DNA of 32,000 bases, taken from assembly GCF_017876815.1 (NCBI RefSeq), contig NZ_JAGIOS010000001.1, forward strand, positions 720,001 to 752,000, given 5' to 3'. The position numbers and the translations under genes are program-made. Numbering within the stretch: the stretch's first letter is position 1; every line of letters begins with the position of its first letter. Source of the stretch: Sinorhizobium meliloti. Its GTDB lineage: Bacteria; Pseudomonadota; Alphaproteobacteria; Rhizobiales; Rhizobiaceae. The notes under the pieces were generated by a model. It was not told the origin of the DNA and did not search any database. It worked only from the letters and a program-made list of their open reading frames with translations. Below are positions 25,584 through 32,000 of this stretch, piece after piece.

Positions 25584-26390
25584 ATGCGGCCGAGGCTCTT
25601 CACCATCGCCGGCGGGCTTGCCGCCCTCGCCCTCTATGCCGGCATTCTGATGACCGGGGCCGCGGTCATCCGCAACCGCGACAGCGCCGCAGCGCCTGAG
25701 TTCGTGCTCGAAACGCCGGAAGCAGCGATCGACGAGCCGGTTTCGGAGGAGCCTCCCGCCGAGACCGAAGCCGCTCCCCCTGCCCCCGAACCGGATACCA
25801 TGCCGGGCAAAGGCTCGCGCGTGGCGGTCAGGCCCGTCGAGCCGGGCCTCTTTGCCCAGCCGGAGGACGGCATCGCCAAACCGCTGGAACGGATCGCACC
25901 GAGGCCGCCGCTTTCGAAGACCGGGGAAAAGGAAAAACCCGCTTCCGCCGTCTTCCCGCGCCCGGTTGCGCTTGCCGCCGGGCTTGTCCGGTCCGGCGAG
26001 ACGACCCTGCAGCTCAAGGATATCGAACCCGAAAAGGCGGAGAAGGTCTGCGAAGCGAACGGCAAGAGCTGGCCTTGCGGCATGGTCGCGCGTACGGCGT
26101 TCCGCAACTTCCTGCGGGGGCGCGCGCTCGTCTGCGACGGGGCGGATGGCTCCTCGCAAACCTTGAACGCGCGGTGCAGCGTCGGCGGCCAGGACGTGGC
26201 CGAATGGCTCGTCGGCAACGGCTGGGCGACGCCGCTGCCGGGCACGGCGCTCGAGCCGAAGGCCGAGGCCGCTCGGGGCGCCAGGCTCGGCTTCTTCGGG
26301 GACGACCCGCGCGATCTTGCCCGAGCGCCTCTCGCGCTCGACGATCCGGCTGCGAGCATCGCCCCGGAAGACGCCGCGCCGGACTTGTAA
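25584..26390 (+). CDS. Membrane-anchored thermonuclease (SNase)-like family protein
   Basis: The N-terminal TM helix (LFTIAGGLAALALYAGILMTGAAVI) is followed by a Pro/Glu/Ala-rich linker of about 130 aa. The C-terminal SNase-like region (LQLKDIEPEKAEKVCEANGKSWPCGMVARTAFRNFLRGRALVC...ARCSVGGQDVAEWLVGNGWA) has 4 Cys. An AGGA Shine-Dalgarno is present and the gap to the S24 gene is 9 nt. Confidence 0.7.
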   Translation: MRPRLFTIAGGLAALALYAGILMTGAAVIRNRDSAAAPEFVLETPEAAIDEPVSEEPPAETEAAPPAPEPDTMPGKGSRVAVRPVEPGLFAQPEDGIAKPLERIAPRPPLSKTGEKEKPASAVFPRPVALAAGLVRSGETTLQLKDIEPEKAEKVCEANGKSWPCGMVARTAFRNFLRGRALVCDGADGSSQTLNARCSVGGQDVAEWLVGNGWATPLPGTALEPKAEAARGARLGFFGDDPRDLARAPLALDDPAASIAPEDAAPDL

Positions 26391-26502
26391 GGCTTGGAGC
26401 AAGTCCTTAACTGTCACCCACCATTGCAGGTCCGCCGAACCCGTTATGCACCCGTCGTGTATCGCGGCTCCAATGGGAACAACGAAAGGATCGAGAGGCA
26501 GG

Positions 26503-26913
26503 ATGTCCGCAAGTCTCAGCCAGCACGAAGCCCTTGTCCACGTCATGGTCATGATGTCCGCCGTCGACCGGAACATGACCGACGACGAGATTGCACGCAT
26601 CGGCGTGCTCGTGCGGTTCCTCCCGGCCTTCAACGGTTTCGACGAAGATCACCTGATCCATATCGGTCGCGAATGCGCCGCCCAGCTTGCGGCACCGGAG
26701 GGCCTCGACGTGGCGCTCGAAATGGTTCGCGAGGCGTTGCCGCAGCGGCTCTATGAGACGGCCTATGCCCTTGCGGTCGAGATCGCTGCCGCGGATCAGC
26801 GTATCCGCAACGAGGAAATCCGGTTGTTGCAGCTGCTGCGCGACCGTTTGGGCCTCGACAAGCTCGCCTGCGCAGCAATCGAGCGCGGAGCCATCGCGCG
26901 CTTCCGCAAGTAG
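26503..26913 (+). CDS. TerB (tellurite-resistance-like) family protein
   Basis: MSASLSQHEALVHVMVMMSAVDRNMTDDEIARIG...AYALAVEIAAADQRIRNEEIRLLQLLRDRLGL is the typical TerB helical repeat with acidic D/E pairs. The ATG at 26503 follows a GAGAGG Shine-Dalgarno. The upstream part of the track ORF overlaps the SNase gene and was rejected. Confidence 0.8.
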   Translation: MSASLSQHEALVHVMVMMSAVDRNMTDDEIARIGVLVRFLPAFNGFDEDHLIHIGRECAAQLAAPEGLDVALEMVREALPQRLYETAYALAVEIAAADQRIRNEEIRLLQLLRDRLGLDKLACAAIERGAIARFRK

Positions 26914-26991
26914 GCTTCAGAAACAGGTCCTTGCCCGTTCCCGGCACGGAACAATATGCTGGGCCGGATTTGATGCAACGGGGATCGATGC

Positions 26992-27804
26992 ATGCTCTAT
27001 TTCGGTCTCGCCGAACCGGTCTGGCGGCTCGCGGCCTTTGCCGCCGCCTTCGCCGCACTGGCAGCGCTCGAACTTTTTCATCCGCGGCTGGAGAGGCCGG
27101 AGCTGATGCGGGCTCTGAAGGCACGCCGCTGGATCACCAACCTGTCTATTCTCGTCCTATCCTCCCTCCTGCTTCGCGTCGCCTTTCCCGCTGCCGCCAC
27201 CGGCGTTGCTATCTGGGCTCAGGGACGCGGATACGGCGTGCTCCCGGCTCTCGGCGTCGCCCCGCCGCTTGCCGGCCTGATCGCCTTTATCGCGCTGGAC
27301 TTCGCCATCTGGCTCGAACACGTCGTGTTTCACAAGATACCTGTCCTGTGGCGCATCCACCGCGTCCACCATGCCGATCCCGGGGTCGACGTCACCACAG
27401 CCCTTCGCTTTCATCCCCTCGAAATTCTGCTGTCGATGATCTGGAAGAGCGCGGTCATCATTCTGCTCGGCGCGCCCGCACTCGCCGTTCTCCTGTTCGA
27501 GATCGTGCTCAATGCCGGGGCGATGTTCAACCACGCCAATCTGCGGCTGCCGAAAGCCGCCGACGGGCTGTTGCGCCACGTCATCGTCACGCCCGACATG
27601 CACCGCATCCACCATTCCGTGGAAAAGCGGGAGACCGATTCAAACTACGGCTTCAATCTTTCGGTCTGGGATCGGTTGTTCTCAACCTACGTCGCCCATC
27701 CATCGCGCGGCGACGATGGGATCGAGACCGGGCTGAAAGCCTACGGGCGCATCGAGCCGATAAAGCTCCTGTGGTCGCTCGTGCTGCCGTTCCGGCGTGG
27801 GTAG
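26992..27804 (+). CDS. Sterol desaturase / fatty acid hydroxylase superfamily membrane protein
   Basis: Histidine boxes HKIPVLWRIHRVHHAD and HRIHHS sit in a polytopic protein of 270 aa. Confidence 0.85.
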   Translation: MLYFGLAEPVWRLAAFAAAFAALAALELFHPRLERPELMRALKARRWITNLSILVLSSLLLRVAFPAAATGVAIWAQGRGYGVLPALGVAPPLAGLIAFIALDFAIWLEHVVFHKIPVLWRIHRVHHADPGVDVTTALRFHPLEILLSMIWKSAVIILLGAPALAVLLFEIVLNAGAMFNHANLRLPKAADGLLRHVIVTPDMHRIHHSVEKRETDSNYGFNLSVWDRLFSTYVAHPSRGDDGIETGLKAYGRIEPIKLLWSLVLPFRRG

Positions 27805-27839
27805 AGCGAAATGACGGGATAGCCGCGAGTGGAGCCGCC

Positions 27840-28679
27840 TCAATAAATCCCGTCCGGGAAATAGCGAAGATAGATCTCCTCGAGCCTGCCGCTGCGTGAG
27901 AGCGCCAGCAAAGCGTGGTCGATCGCCTGGGTCAGGGCCGGCTCGGCCTTGCGGTTCATGATCGTCAGTCCCTCGCCCAGGAAGCGCTGGGAAAAATAGG
28001 AGCCCTCCAGCATGGCGCAGCATCCCCCGGCGAGGTTGCCGGAGACCCAGAAGGACAATTGCATGCCATCGGAGAACGCGGCCGCGACGGTGCCCCCGCG
28101 AAGCGCGGAGAGCAATGCATCCCGGTCCGGAAAGCCTTTGGCTTCGAGCTTCGGGAAAAATGCCTTCAGCATTGCCTCATGCGTGGTGCCGGAGACGACG
28201 CCGACGGGCTTTCCGGCAAGATCGGCAGGACCGGCGATCGCCCCGGCGGCCTTGGTGTTGACGACGAAGCGGGCGGGCAGTTGCATGAAGGCGCGGGAAA
28301 AGGCGAAACGCTGCCTCAGCTCCGAAGTCACGGCAATGCCGGCGGCAATCGCTTCCCCTTGCCCCTGCTCGAGGGCCGGCATGAGCTCCGGATAGGTCAC
28401 TGCCTGGATCTGGCACTTGGCTTCGATCTCCAGCTCACGGCATATCTCGCGGGCGAGGTCGACATGGAAGCCCGACAGCTTGCCCGACTGGTCGATGAAG
28501 TTGAAGGGCGGGAAGTCGACGGTCGTCAGGAAACGAAGCCTGGCAAGGCCGCTGAGGTCCGGCTTGGCAATCCGTTCGCGGGCATCGAACAGCCGGGGCA
28601 GTTCCTTCGGCTGCGCCAAAGCCAACCCCGGGGCGAGAACGGCCGACAGTACGAATATCCAGAGAATCCGCAGCGCTAT
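27840..28679 (-). CDS. Periplasmic solute-binding protein (type 3 / amino-acid ABC SBP family); start codon uncertain
   Basis: The signal peptide reads ALRILWIFVLSAVLAPGLALA. The PBPb-like body follows (LRFLTTVDFPPFNFIDQSGKLSGFHVDLAREIC...GKPVGVVSGTTHE). No ATG, GTG or TTG lies between the signal peptide and the tRNA gene. Only ATA (28679), CTG (28673) and ATT (28667) follow a GAGG. The track ATG at 28763 lies inside the tRNA. Confidence 0.65.
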   Translation of the reverse strand: MALRILWIFVLSAVLAPGLALAQPKELPRLFDARERIAKPDLSGLARLRFLTTVDFPPFNFIDQSGKLSGFHVDLAREICRELEIEAKCQIQAVTYPELMPALEQGQGEAIAAGIAVTSELRQRFAFSRAFMQLPARFVVNTKAAGAIAGPADLAGKPVGVVSGTTHEAMLKAFFPKLEAKGFPDRDALLSALRGGTVAAAFSDGMQLSFWVSGNLAGGCCAMLEGSYFSQRFLGEGLTIMNRKAEPALTQAIDHALLALSRSGRLEEIYLRYFPDGIY

Positions 28680-28702
28680 GGCGCCTCTATGAAAGGAGGA
28701 AT

Positions 28703-28777
28703 TGGAGCGGGTGATCGGGATCGAACCGACGACATCAAGCTTGGGAAGCTGGCGTTCTACCACTGAACTACACCCGC
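28703..28777 (-). tRNA. tRNA-Gly (anticodon CCC)
   Basis: The reverse complement is GCGGGTGTAGTTCAGTGGTAGAACGCCAGCTTCCCAAGCTTGATGTCGTCGGTTCGATCCCGATCACCCGCTCCA. It has a 7-bp acceptor stem, a GTTC/GAAC D stem, anticodon loop TTCCCAA, T loop TTCGATC, discriminator U and an encoded CCA. There is one C-U mismatch in the anticodon stem. Confidence 0.95.
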
Positions 28778-28788
28778 GACAGAACCGG

Positions 28789-28817
28789 AAATTTCCTCAA
28801 CAGCCGTGATCTGTCAA
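28789..28817 (-). promoter_or_regulatory. Candidate sigma-70-type promoter of tRNA-Gly
   Basis: On the minus strand the sequence reads TTGACA (28812-28817), a 17-nt spacer, then AAATTT (28789-28794). The -10 ends 11 nt upstream of the mature tRNA 5' end. The -35 is perfect but the -10 is weak. Confidence 0.35.
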
Positions 28818-28826
28818 GCACAATGC

Positions 28827-29924
28827 TCACTCGGCGCGAAAATGCTTGGAGAGCTTGAGCCCCTGCGCCTGATAATTGGAGCCGAGATCGAGGCCGTAAA
28901 GTCCCTCCGGACGTTCCAGCATGTGCTCGTAGACGAGACGGCCGACGATCTGCCCGTGCTCCAGAATGAACGGCACTTCGTGGCTGCGGACCTCGAGCAC
29001 CGCCCGGCTGCCGCTGCCGCCGGCGGACGCATGGCCGAAGCCGGGGTCGAAGAAGCCGGCATAGTGGACGCGGAACTCGCCCACGAGCGGGTCGAAGGGC
29101 GTCATTTCGGCCGCATAGCGCGGCGGCACATGGACGGCTTCGCGGGACACGAGGATGTAGAACTCGTCCGGATCGAGCACGAGATCGTCGCGGCCGCGGC
29201 TGTAGAGCGGCTCCCAGAAGTCGAAAACGGCATGCTGGGCTTTCTTGTCCACATCGACCACCGATGTGTGATGCTTGCCGCGGTAGCCGATCAGGCCGTC
29301 CGGCCCGGTGCCCTTGAGGTCGATGGAAAGGGCGATGCCGCCGCCGGAAACGTTCGGCCGGTCGCTGGCGACGAGGACGTCGCTTTCGTGCAGAGCCAGC
29401 AGTTCCTGCTCGGAAAGAACCGAGTGGCCGATGCGGAAGCGTATCTGCGAAAGCCGCGAACCACGCCTGACTACGATCGGAAAGGTCCGCGGGCTGATTT
29501 CGAGATAGAGCGGTCCGCTGTAGCCCGCCGGAATCTTGTCGAACTCCTGCGCCCTGTCGGTAATCACGCGCGTGAAGATATCCAGTCGGCCGGTGGAGCT
29601 CTTCGGATTGGCGGAGGCCGACATGTCTGCCGGCAGCGAGAGGCTTTCCATCAGCGGCACGATGTAGACGCAGCCGGTCTCGAGCACGGCGCCTTCGCTC
29701 AGATCGACGACATGCAGCTTGAGCCGGTCGAGCTTGTCGGCGACCAGATGAGACGGGCCGGGCATGAAGCTCGCCCGGACGCGGAACGCCTTGGATCCAA
29801 GGCGAAGATCGAGGCTGGCCGGCTGGATCTGGTCATCATCCAGCACCTTTTCGCTCTTCAGCCGTCCCGAGGCATACAGCGCTGCAATTGCGCGGTCGGC
29901 CAAAATCCCTGTGTCGCGCGCCAT
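28827..29924 (-). CDS. dcd: 2'-deoxycytidine 5'-triphosphate deaminase, double-length (tandem Dcd-like domains)
   Basis: The N-terminal half reads QPASLDLRLG...NPKSSTGRLDIFTRV...GPLYLEISPRTFPI. The C-terminal half reads FRVHYAGFFDPGFG...RAVLEVRSHEVPFILEHGQIVGRLVYE. Both halves resemble the dCTP deaminase/dUTPase fold. The ATG at 29924 is preferred because GAGGA lies 5 nt upstream. The alternative ATG is at 29936. Confidence 0.85.
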   Translation of the reverse strand: MARDTGILADRAIAALYASGRLKSEKVLDDDQIQPASLDLRLGSKAFRVRASFMPGPSHLVADKLDRLKLHVVDLSEGAVLETGCVYIVPLMESLSLPADMSASANPKSSTGRLDIFTRVITDRAQEFDKIPAGYSGPLYLEISPRTFPIVVRRGSRLSQIRFRIGHSVLSEQELLALHESDVLVASDRPNVSGGGIALSIDLKGTGPDGLIGYRGKHHTSVVDVDKKAQHAVFDFWEPLYSRGRDDLVLDPDEFYILVSREAVHVPPRYAAEMTPFDPLVGEFRVHYAGFFDPGFGHASAGGSGSRAVLEVRSHEVPFILEHGQIVGRLVYEHMLERPEGLYGLDLGSNYQAQGLKLSKHFRAE

Positions 29925-30007
29925 TCCGATCCTCATTTACAGTTGCCAGACAAAACCAAACTCCGGGAATTGACGCAAGTGCGGCCAGGCAGTATTGGAG
30001 CTTTATC

Positions 30008-30064
30008 CCGTGGTGATTTGGCCGGTCGGCTTGCAGCCACGTTAAACAAGTAGCTAAAAAGGCC
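30008..30064 (+). promoter_or_regulatory. SAM-II (SAM-alpha, metA-motif) riboswitch aptamer in the metZ leader
   Basis: CCGTGGTGATTTGGCCGGTCGGCTTGCAGCCACGTTAAACAAGTAGCTAAAAAGGCC contains a GUGG...CCAC stem, a U-rich 5' strand and the hallmark GCUAAAAA 3' segment. The location ahead of a methionine biosynthesis gene in an alphaproteobacterial context is canonical. This was recognised from memory of the consensus, not from a covariance model. Confidence 0.7.
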
Positions 30065-30073
30065 GGGTGTCAA

Positions 30074-30106
30074 ACCGGTCGTTTCGCGGCCGGTTTTTTT
30101 GTTTTT
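30074..30106 (+). terminator. Intrinsic terminator (expression platform of the riboswitch)
   Basis: ACCGGTCG-tttcg-CGGCCGGT forms an 8-bp stem including one G-U, followed by TTTTTTGTTTTT. It ends 15 nt before the metZ ATG. An alternative hairpin GGCCGG (30061-66) / CCGGTC (30075-80) competes for the left arm. Confidence 0.7.
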
Positions 30107-30121
30107 GAAAGTGACGTTCTC

Positions 30122-31306
30122 ATGAGCAAGAATTGGCGCCCGGCAACCCAGCTCGTCCACGGCGGAACGCTCCGCTCCCAGTATGGCGAGACCTCGGAAG
30201 CGATCTTCCTGACGCAGGGCTTCGTCTACGACAGCTCCGAAGCGGCGGAGGCCCGCTTCAAGGGCGAGACCGACGGTTTCATCTATGCACGCTACGGCAG
30301 CCCGACCAACGACATGTTCGAGAAGCGCATGTGCATGCTCGAAGGGGCGGAAGACGCGCGCGCCACCGCCTCCGGCATGGCGGCGGTTTCTGCGGCAATC
30401 CTTTGCCAGGTGAAGGCGGGTGACCACATCGTCGCCGCCCGGGCGCTCTTCGGCTCCTGCCGCTGGGTCGTGGAAACGCTGGCGCCGAAATACGGCGTCG
30501 AGTGCACCCTGGTGGACGGTCGCGATCTCAAGAACTGGGAAGACGCGGTGCGCCCGAACACCAAGGTCTTCTTCCTCGAGAGCCCGACGAACCCGACGCT
30601 CGAAGTGATCGACATCGCCGGCGTTGCCAGGCTCGCCGATCAGATCGGCGCCAAGGTGGTGGTCGACAACGTCTTCGCCACGCCGCTGTTCCAGAAGCCG
30701 CTGGAGCTTGGCGCCCATGTCGTCGTCTATTCCGCGACGAAGCATATCGACGGCCAGGGCCGCTGCCTCGGCGGCGTGGTCCTCTCCGACAAGCAGTGGG
30801 TAGACGAGAACCTGCACGACTATTTCCGTCACACCGGCCCGGCCATGTCGCCCTTCAACGCCTGGACGCTGCTGAAGGGCATCGAGACCCTGCCGCTCCG
30901 CGTCAAGCAGCAGACCGAAAGCGCCCGCCGCGTAGCCGATTTCCTCGCGGAGCAGCCGCAGGTCGCCCGCGTCATCTATCCGGGCCGCAAGGATCACCCG
31001 CAGGCCGACGTCATTGCCAAGCAGATGAGCGGCGGCTCGACGCTGGTCGCCTTCGAGCTCAAGGGTGGCAAGGAAGCAGCCTTCGCCCTGCAGAACGCCC
31101 TTGAAATCATCCGGATCTCCAACAATCTCGGCGATTCCAAGAGTCTGATCACCCATCCGGCGACGACCACCCACAAGAACCTCACCGACGAAGCCCGCGC
31201 CGAACTCGGCATCTCCGCCGGAACGGTGCGCTTCTCGGCCGGTATCGAGGACAGCGAAGACCTCATCGAGGATTTCGCAAGGGCGCTGAAGGGCGTAAAC
31301 GCCTGA
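30122..31306 (+). CDS. metZ: O-succinylhomoserine sulfhydrylase (PLP-dependent, Cys/Met metabolism family)
   Basis: MSKNWRPATQLVHGG...EAIFLTQGFVYDSSEAAEARFKGE..GFIYARYGSPT...VVDNVFATP...VVYSATKHIDGQGR (PLP lysine)...ISNNLGDSKSLITHPATTTH. The N-terminal motif and length fit MetZ. Confidence 0.9.
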   Translation: MSKNWRPATQLVHGGTLRSQYGETSEAIFLTQGFVYDSSEAAEARFKGETDGFIYARYGSPTNDMFEKRMCMLEGAEDARATASGMAAVSAAILCQVKAGDHIVAARALFGSCRWVVETLAPKYGVECTLVDGRDLKNWEDAVRPNTKVFFLESPTNPTLEVIDIAGVARLADQIGAKVVVDNVFATPLFQKPLELGAHVVVYSATKHIDGQGRCLGGVVLSDKQWVDENLHDYFRHTGPAMSPFNAWTLLKGIETLPLRVKQQTESARRVADFLAEQPQVARVIYPGRKDHPQADVIAKQMSGGSTLVAFELKGGKEAAFALQNALEIIRISNNLGDSKSLITHPATTTHKNLTDEARAELGISAGTVRFSAGIEDSEDLIEDFARALKGVNA

Positions 31307-31341
31307 CCGGCACCATGACGAAGCCCGCGTCAGCGGGCTCG

Positions 31342-31953
31342 TCAGTCTTGCCGAAAAGTCAGTCTTGCGAGAACGATCCGCGACAGCGCGGTATAGAGGC
31401 AGACGAGCGCGAAGACCGTTGCGAATAACGGGAACCACCCAGGGAAAAGGCACGAGAGCAGAAAAAAGACGATCGTCTCCGTCGCCTCTGCGAGCCCCGT
31501 CGTGAAGTAGAGCGACTTCGCACCGCGCACCGCGGTCGTCAGGGCGCGCTTCTCGGCCATCACGGCATAGGCGAGGAAGCTCGCGCCGTTGACATAGAAG
31601 GCGAAGAGCAAAAACCCGCCGGCAAGACCGTTTGCGGCCGGATCTGCGATGATGAAACCAAGTGGAACGGCGCCGTAAAAGGTGAAATCGAGAACGATGT
31701 CGAGAAAGCCGCCGAAATCCGTTTTCCGGCTCGCGCGGGCGACGGCTCCGTCAAGGCCGTCGCAGAGCCGGCTCACAAGGATCAGGGCGGCGGCAGGCAG
31801 ATAAGCGCCGAGACCGATGAGCAGGGCTGCCGCAAGGCCAAGGCAAAGGCCGAGGATCGTGACGGCATCGGCACTGACCCCGCGGCCGGCCAGTGCGGCG
31901 CCGAGCCTGTCCAGAACCGGATCGAGCCGCCTGCGAAGCGCGCCGTCAAGCAT
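31342..31953 (-). CDS. CDP-alcohol phosphatidyltransferase family protein
   Basis: The family motif D-x2-DG-x2-AR...G-x3-D-x3-D is present as CDGLDGAVARASRKTDFGGFLDIVLD. The protein is polytopic and 203 aa. An AGGAGG Shine-Dalgarno is present. Confidence 0.85.
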   Translation of the reverse strand: MLDGALRRRLDPVLDRLGAALAGRGVSADAVTILGLCLGLAAALLIGLGAYLPAAALILVSRLCDGLDGAVARASRKTDFGGFLDIVLDFTFYGAVPLGFIIADPAANGLAGGFLLFAFYVNGASFLAYAVMAEKRALTTAVRGAKSLYFTTGLAEATETIVFFLLSCLFPGWFPLFATVFALVCLYTALSRIVLARLTFRQD

Positions 31954-31960
31954 AGCCGTT

Positions 31961-32000
31961 GCCTCCTAGATCACGATGTGATCGATTCCAAGAAGTTGGA
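31961..32000. repeat. Partial copy (cut by the window edge) of the mosaic intergenic repeat, opposite orientation
   Basis: The reverse complement is TCCAACTTCTTGGAATCGATCACATCGTGATCTAGGAGGC. It matches 23544-23565 plus 23599-23609 but lacks the 33-bp internal palindrome of that copy. It abuts the Shine-Dalgarno of the phosphatidyltransferase gene. Confidence 0.5.

Noticed and set aside
24918-26390. S24 repressor as a marker of a prophage or integrative element, with the nearby tRNA-Gly as an attachment site
   Set aside because: There is no integrase, excisionase, phage structural or replication gene in the window. I could find no duplication of the tRNA 3' end. Flanking genes look like ordinary chromosomal housekeeping and transport genes with the same composition.
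28680-28763. ATG at 28763 as the start of the solute-binding protein (full 307-aa track ORF)
   Set aside because: That start and the first 20 codons or so lie inside the tRNA-Gly gene; VVGSIPITR is the usual translation of a tRNA T-arm. Translation initiation inside a mature tRNA sequence is implausible.

Overview
This is a high-GC window with dense coding on both strands. Gene content and repeats look like a core chromosomal segment of an alphaproteobacterium, probably Rhizobiaceae; that placement is inferred from gene families, the SAM-II leader and RIME-like repeats, not from any search. I support about 31 CDS: DUF952-pyrD, a MATE exporter, a CAP lipoprotein, a TPR-methyltransferase, YitT, an Rrf2/AhpD-like pair, an Lhr-like DEXH helicase plus PdeM phosphoesterase, a TauE/SafE-TIGR02186 pair, a roughly 1220-aa PodJ-like polarity protein, a three-gene fatty-acid beta-oxidation operon, an HxlR/SRPBCC pair, a Ca2+/H+ antiporter, an HTH-S24 repressor with an SNase-like protein and TerB, a fatty-acid hydroxylase, a solute-binding protein, a double-length dCTP deaminase, metZ and a CDP-alcohol phosphatidyltransferase. 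There is also one tRNA-Gly(CCC), a SAM-II-type riboswitch with an intrinsic terminator ahead of metZ, several strong palindromic candidate operators, and two families of intergenic palindromic repeats. I see no CRISPR array, IS element, integrase, prophage body or recognisable canonical defence system. The most novel-looking items are all uncharacterised conserved modules rather than an obvious new system. They are the LexA-like S24 repressor coupled to a membrane-anchored SNase-like protein and TerB, the translationally coupled TauE/TIGR02186 pair, the Lhr-PdeM pair without its usual ligase and exonuclease, a mosaic repeat carrying a nested palindromic insertion, and a tRNA packed between dcd and a binding-protein gene that lacks a canonical start codon. 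Many long ORFs in the track are antisense GC-rich artefacts and were rejected.
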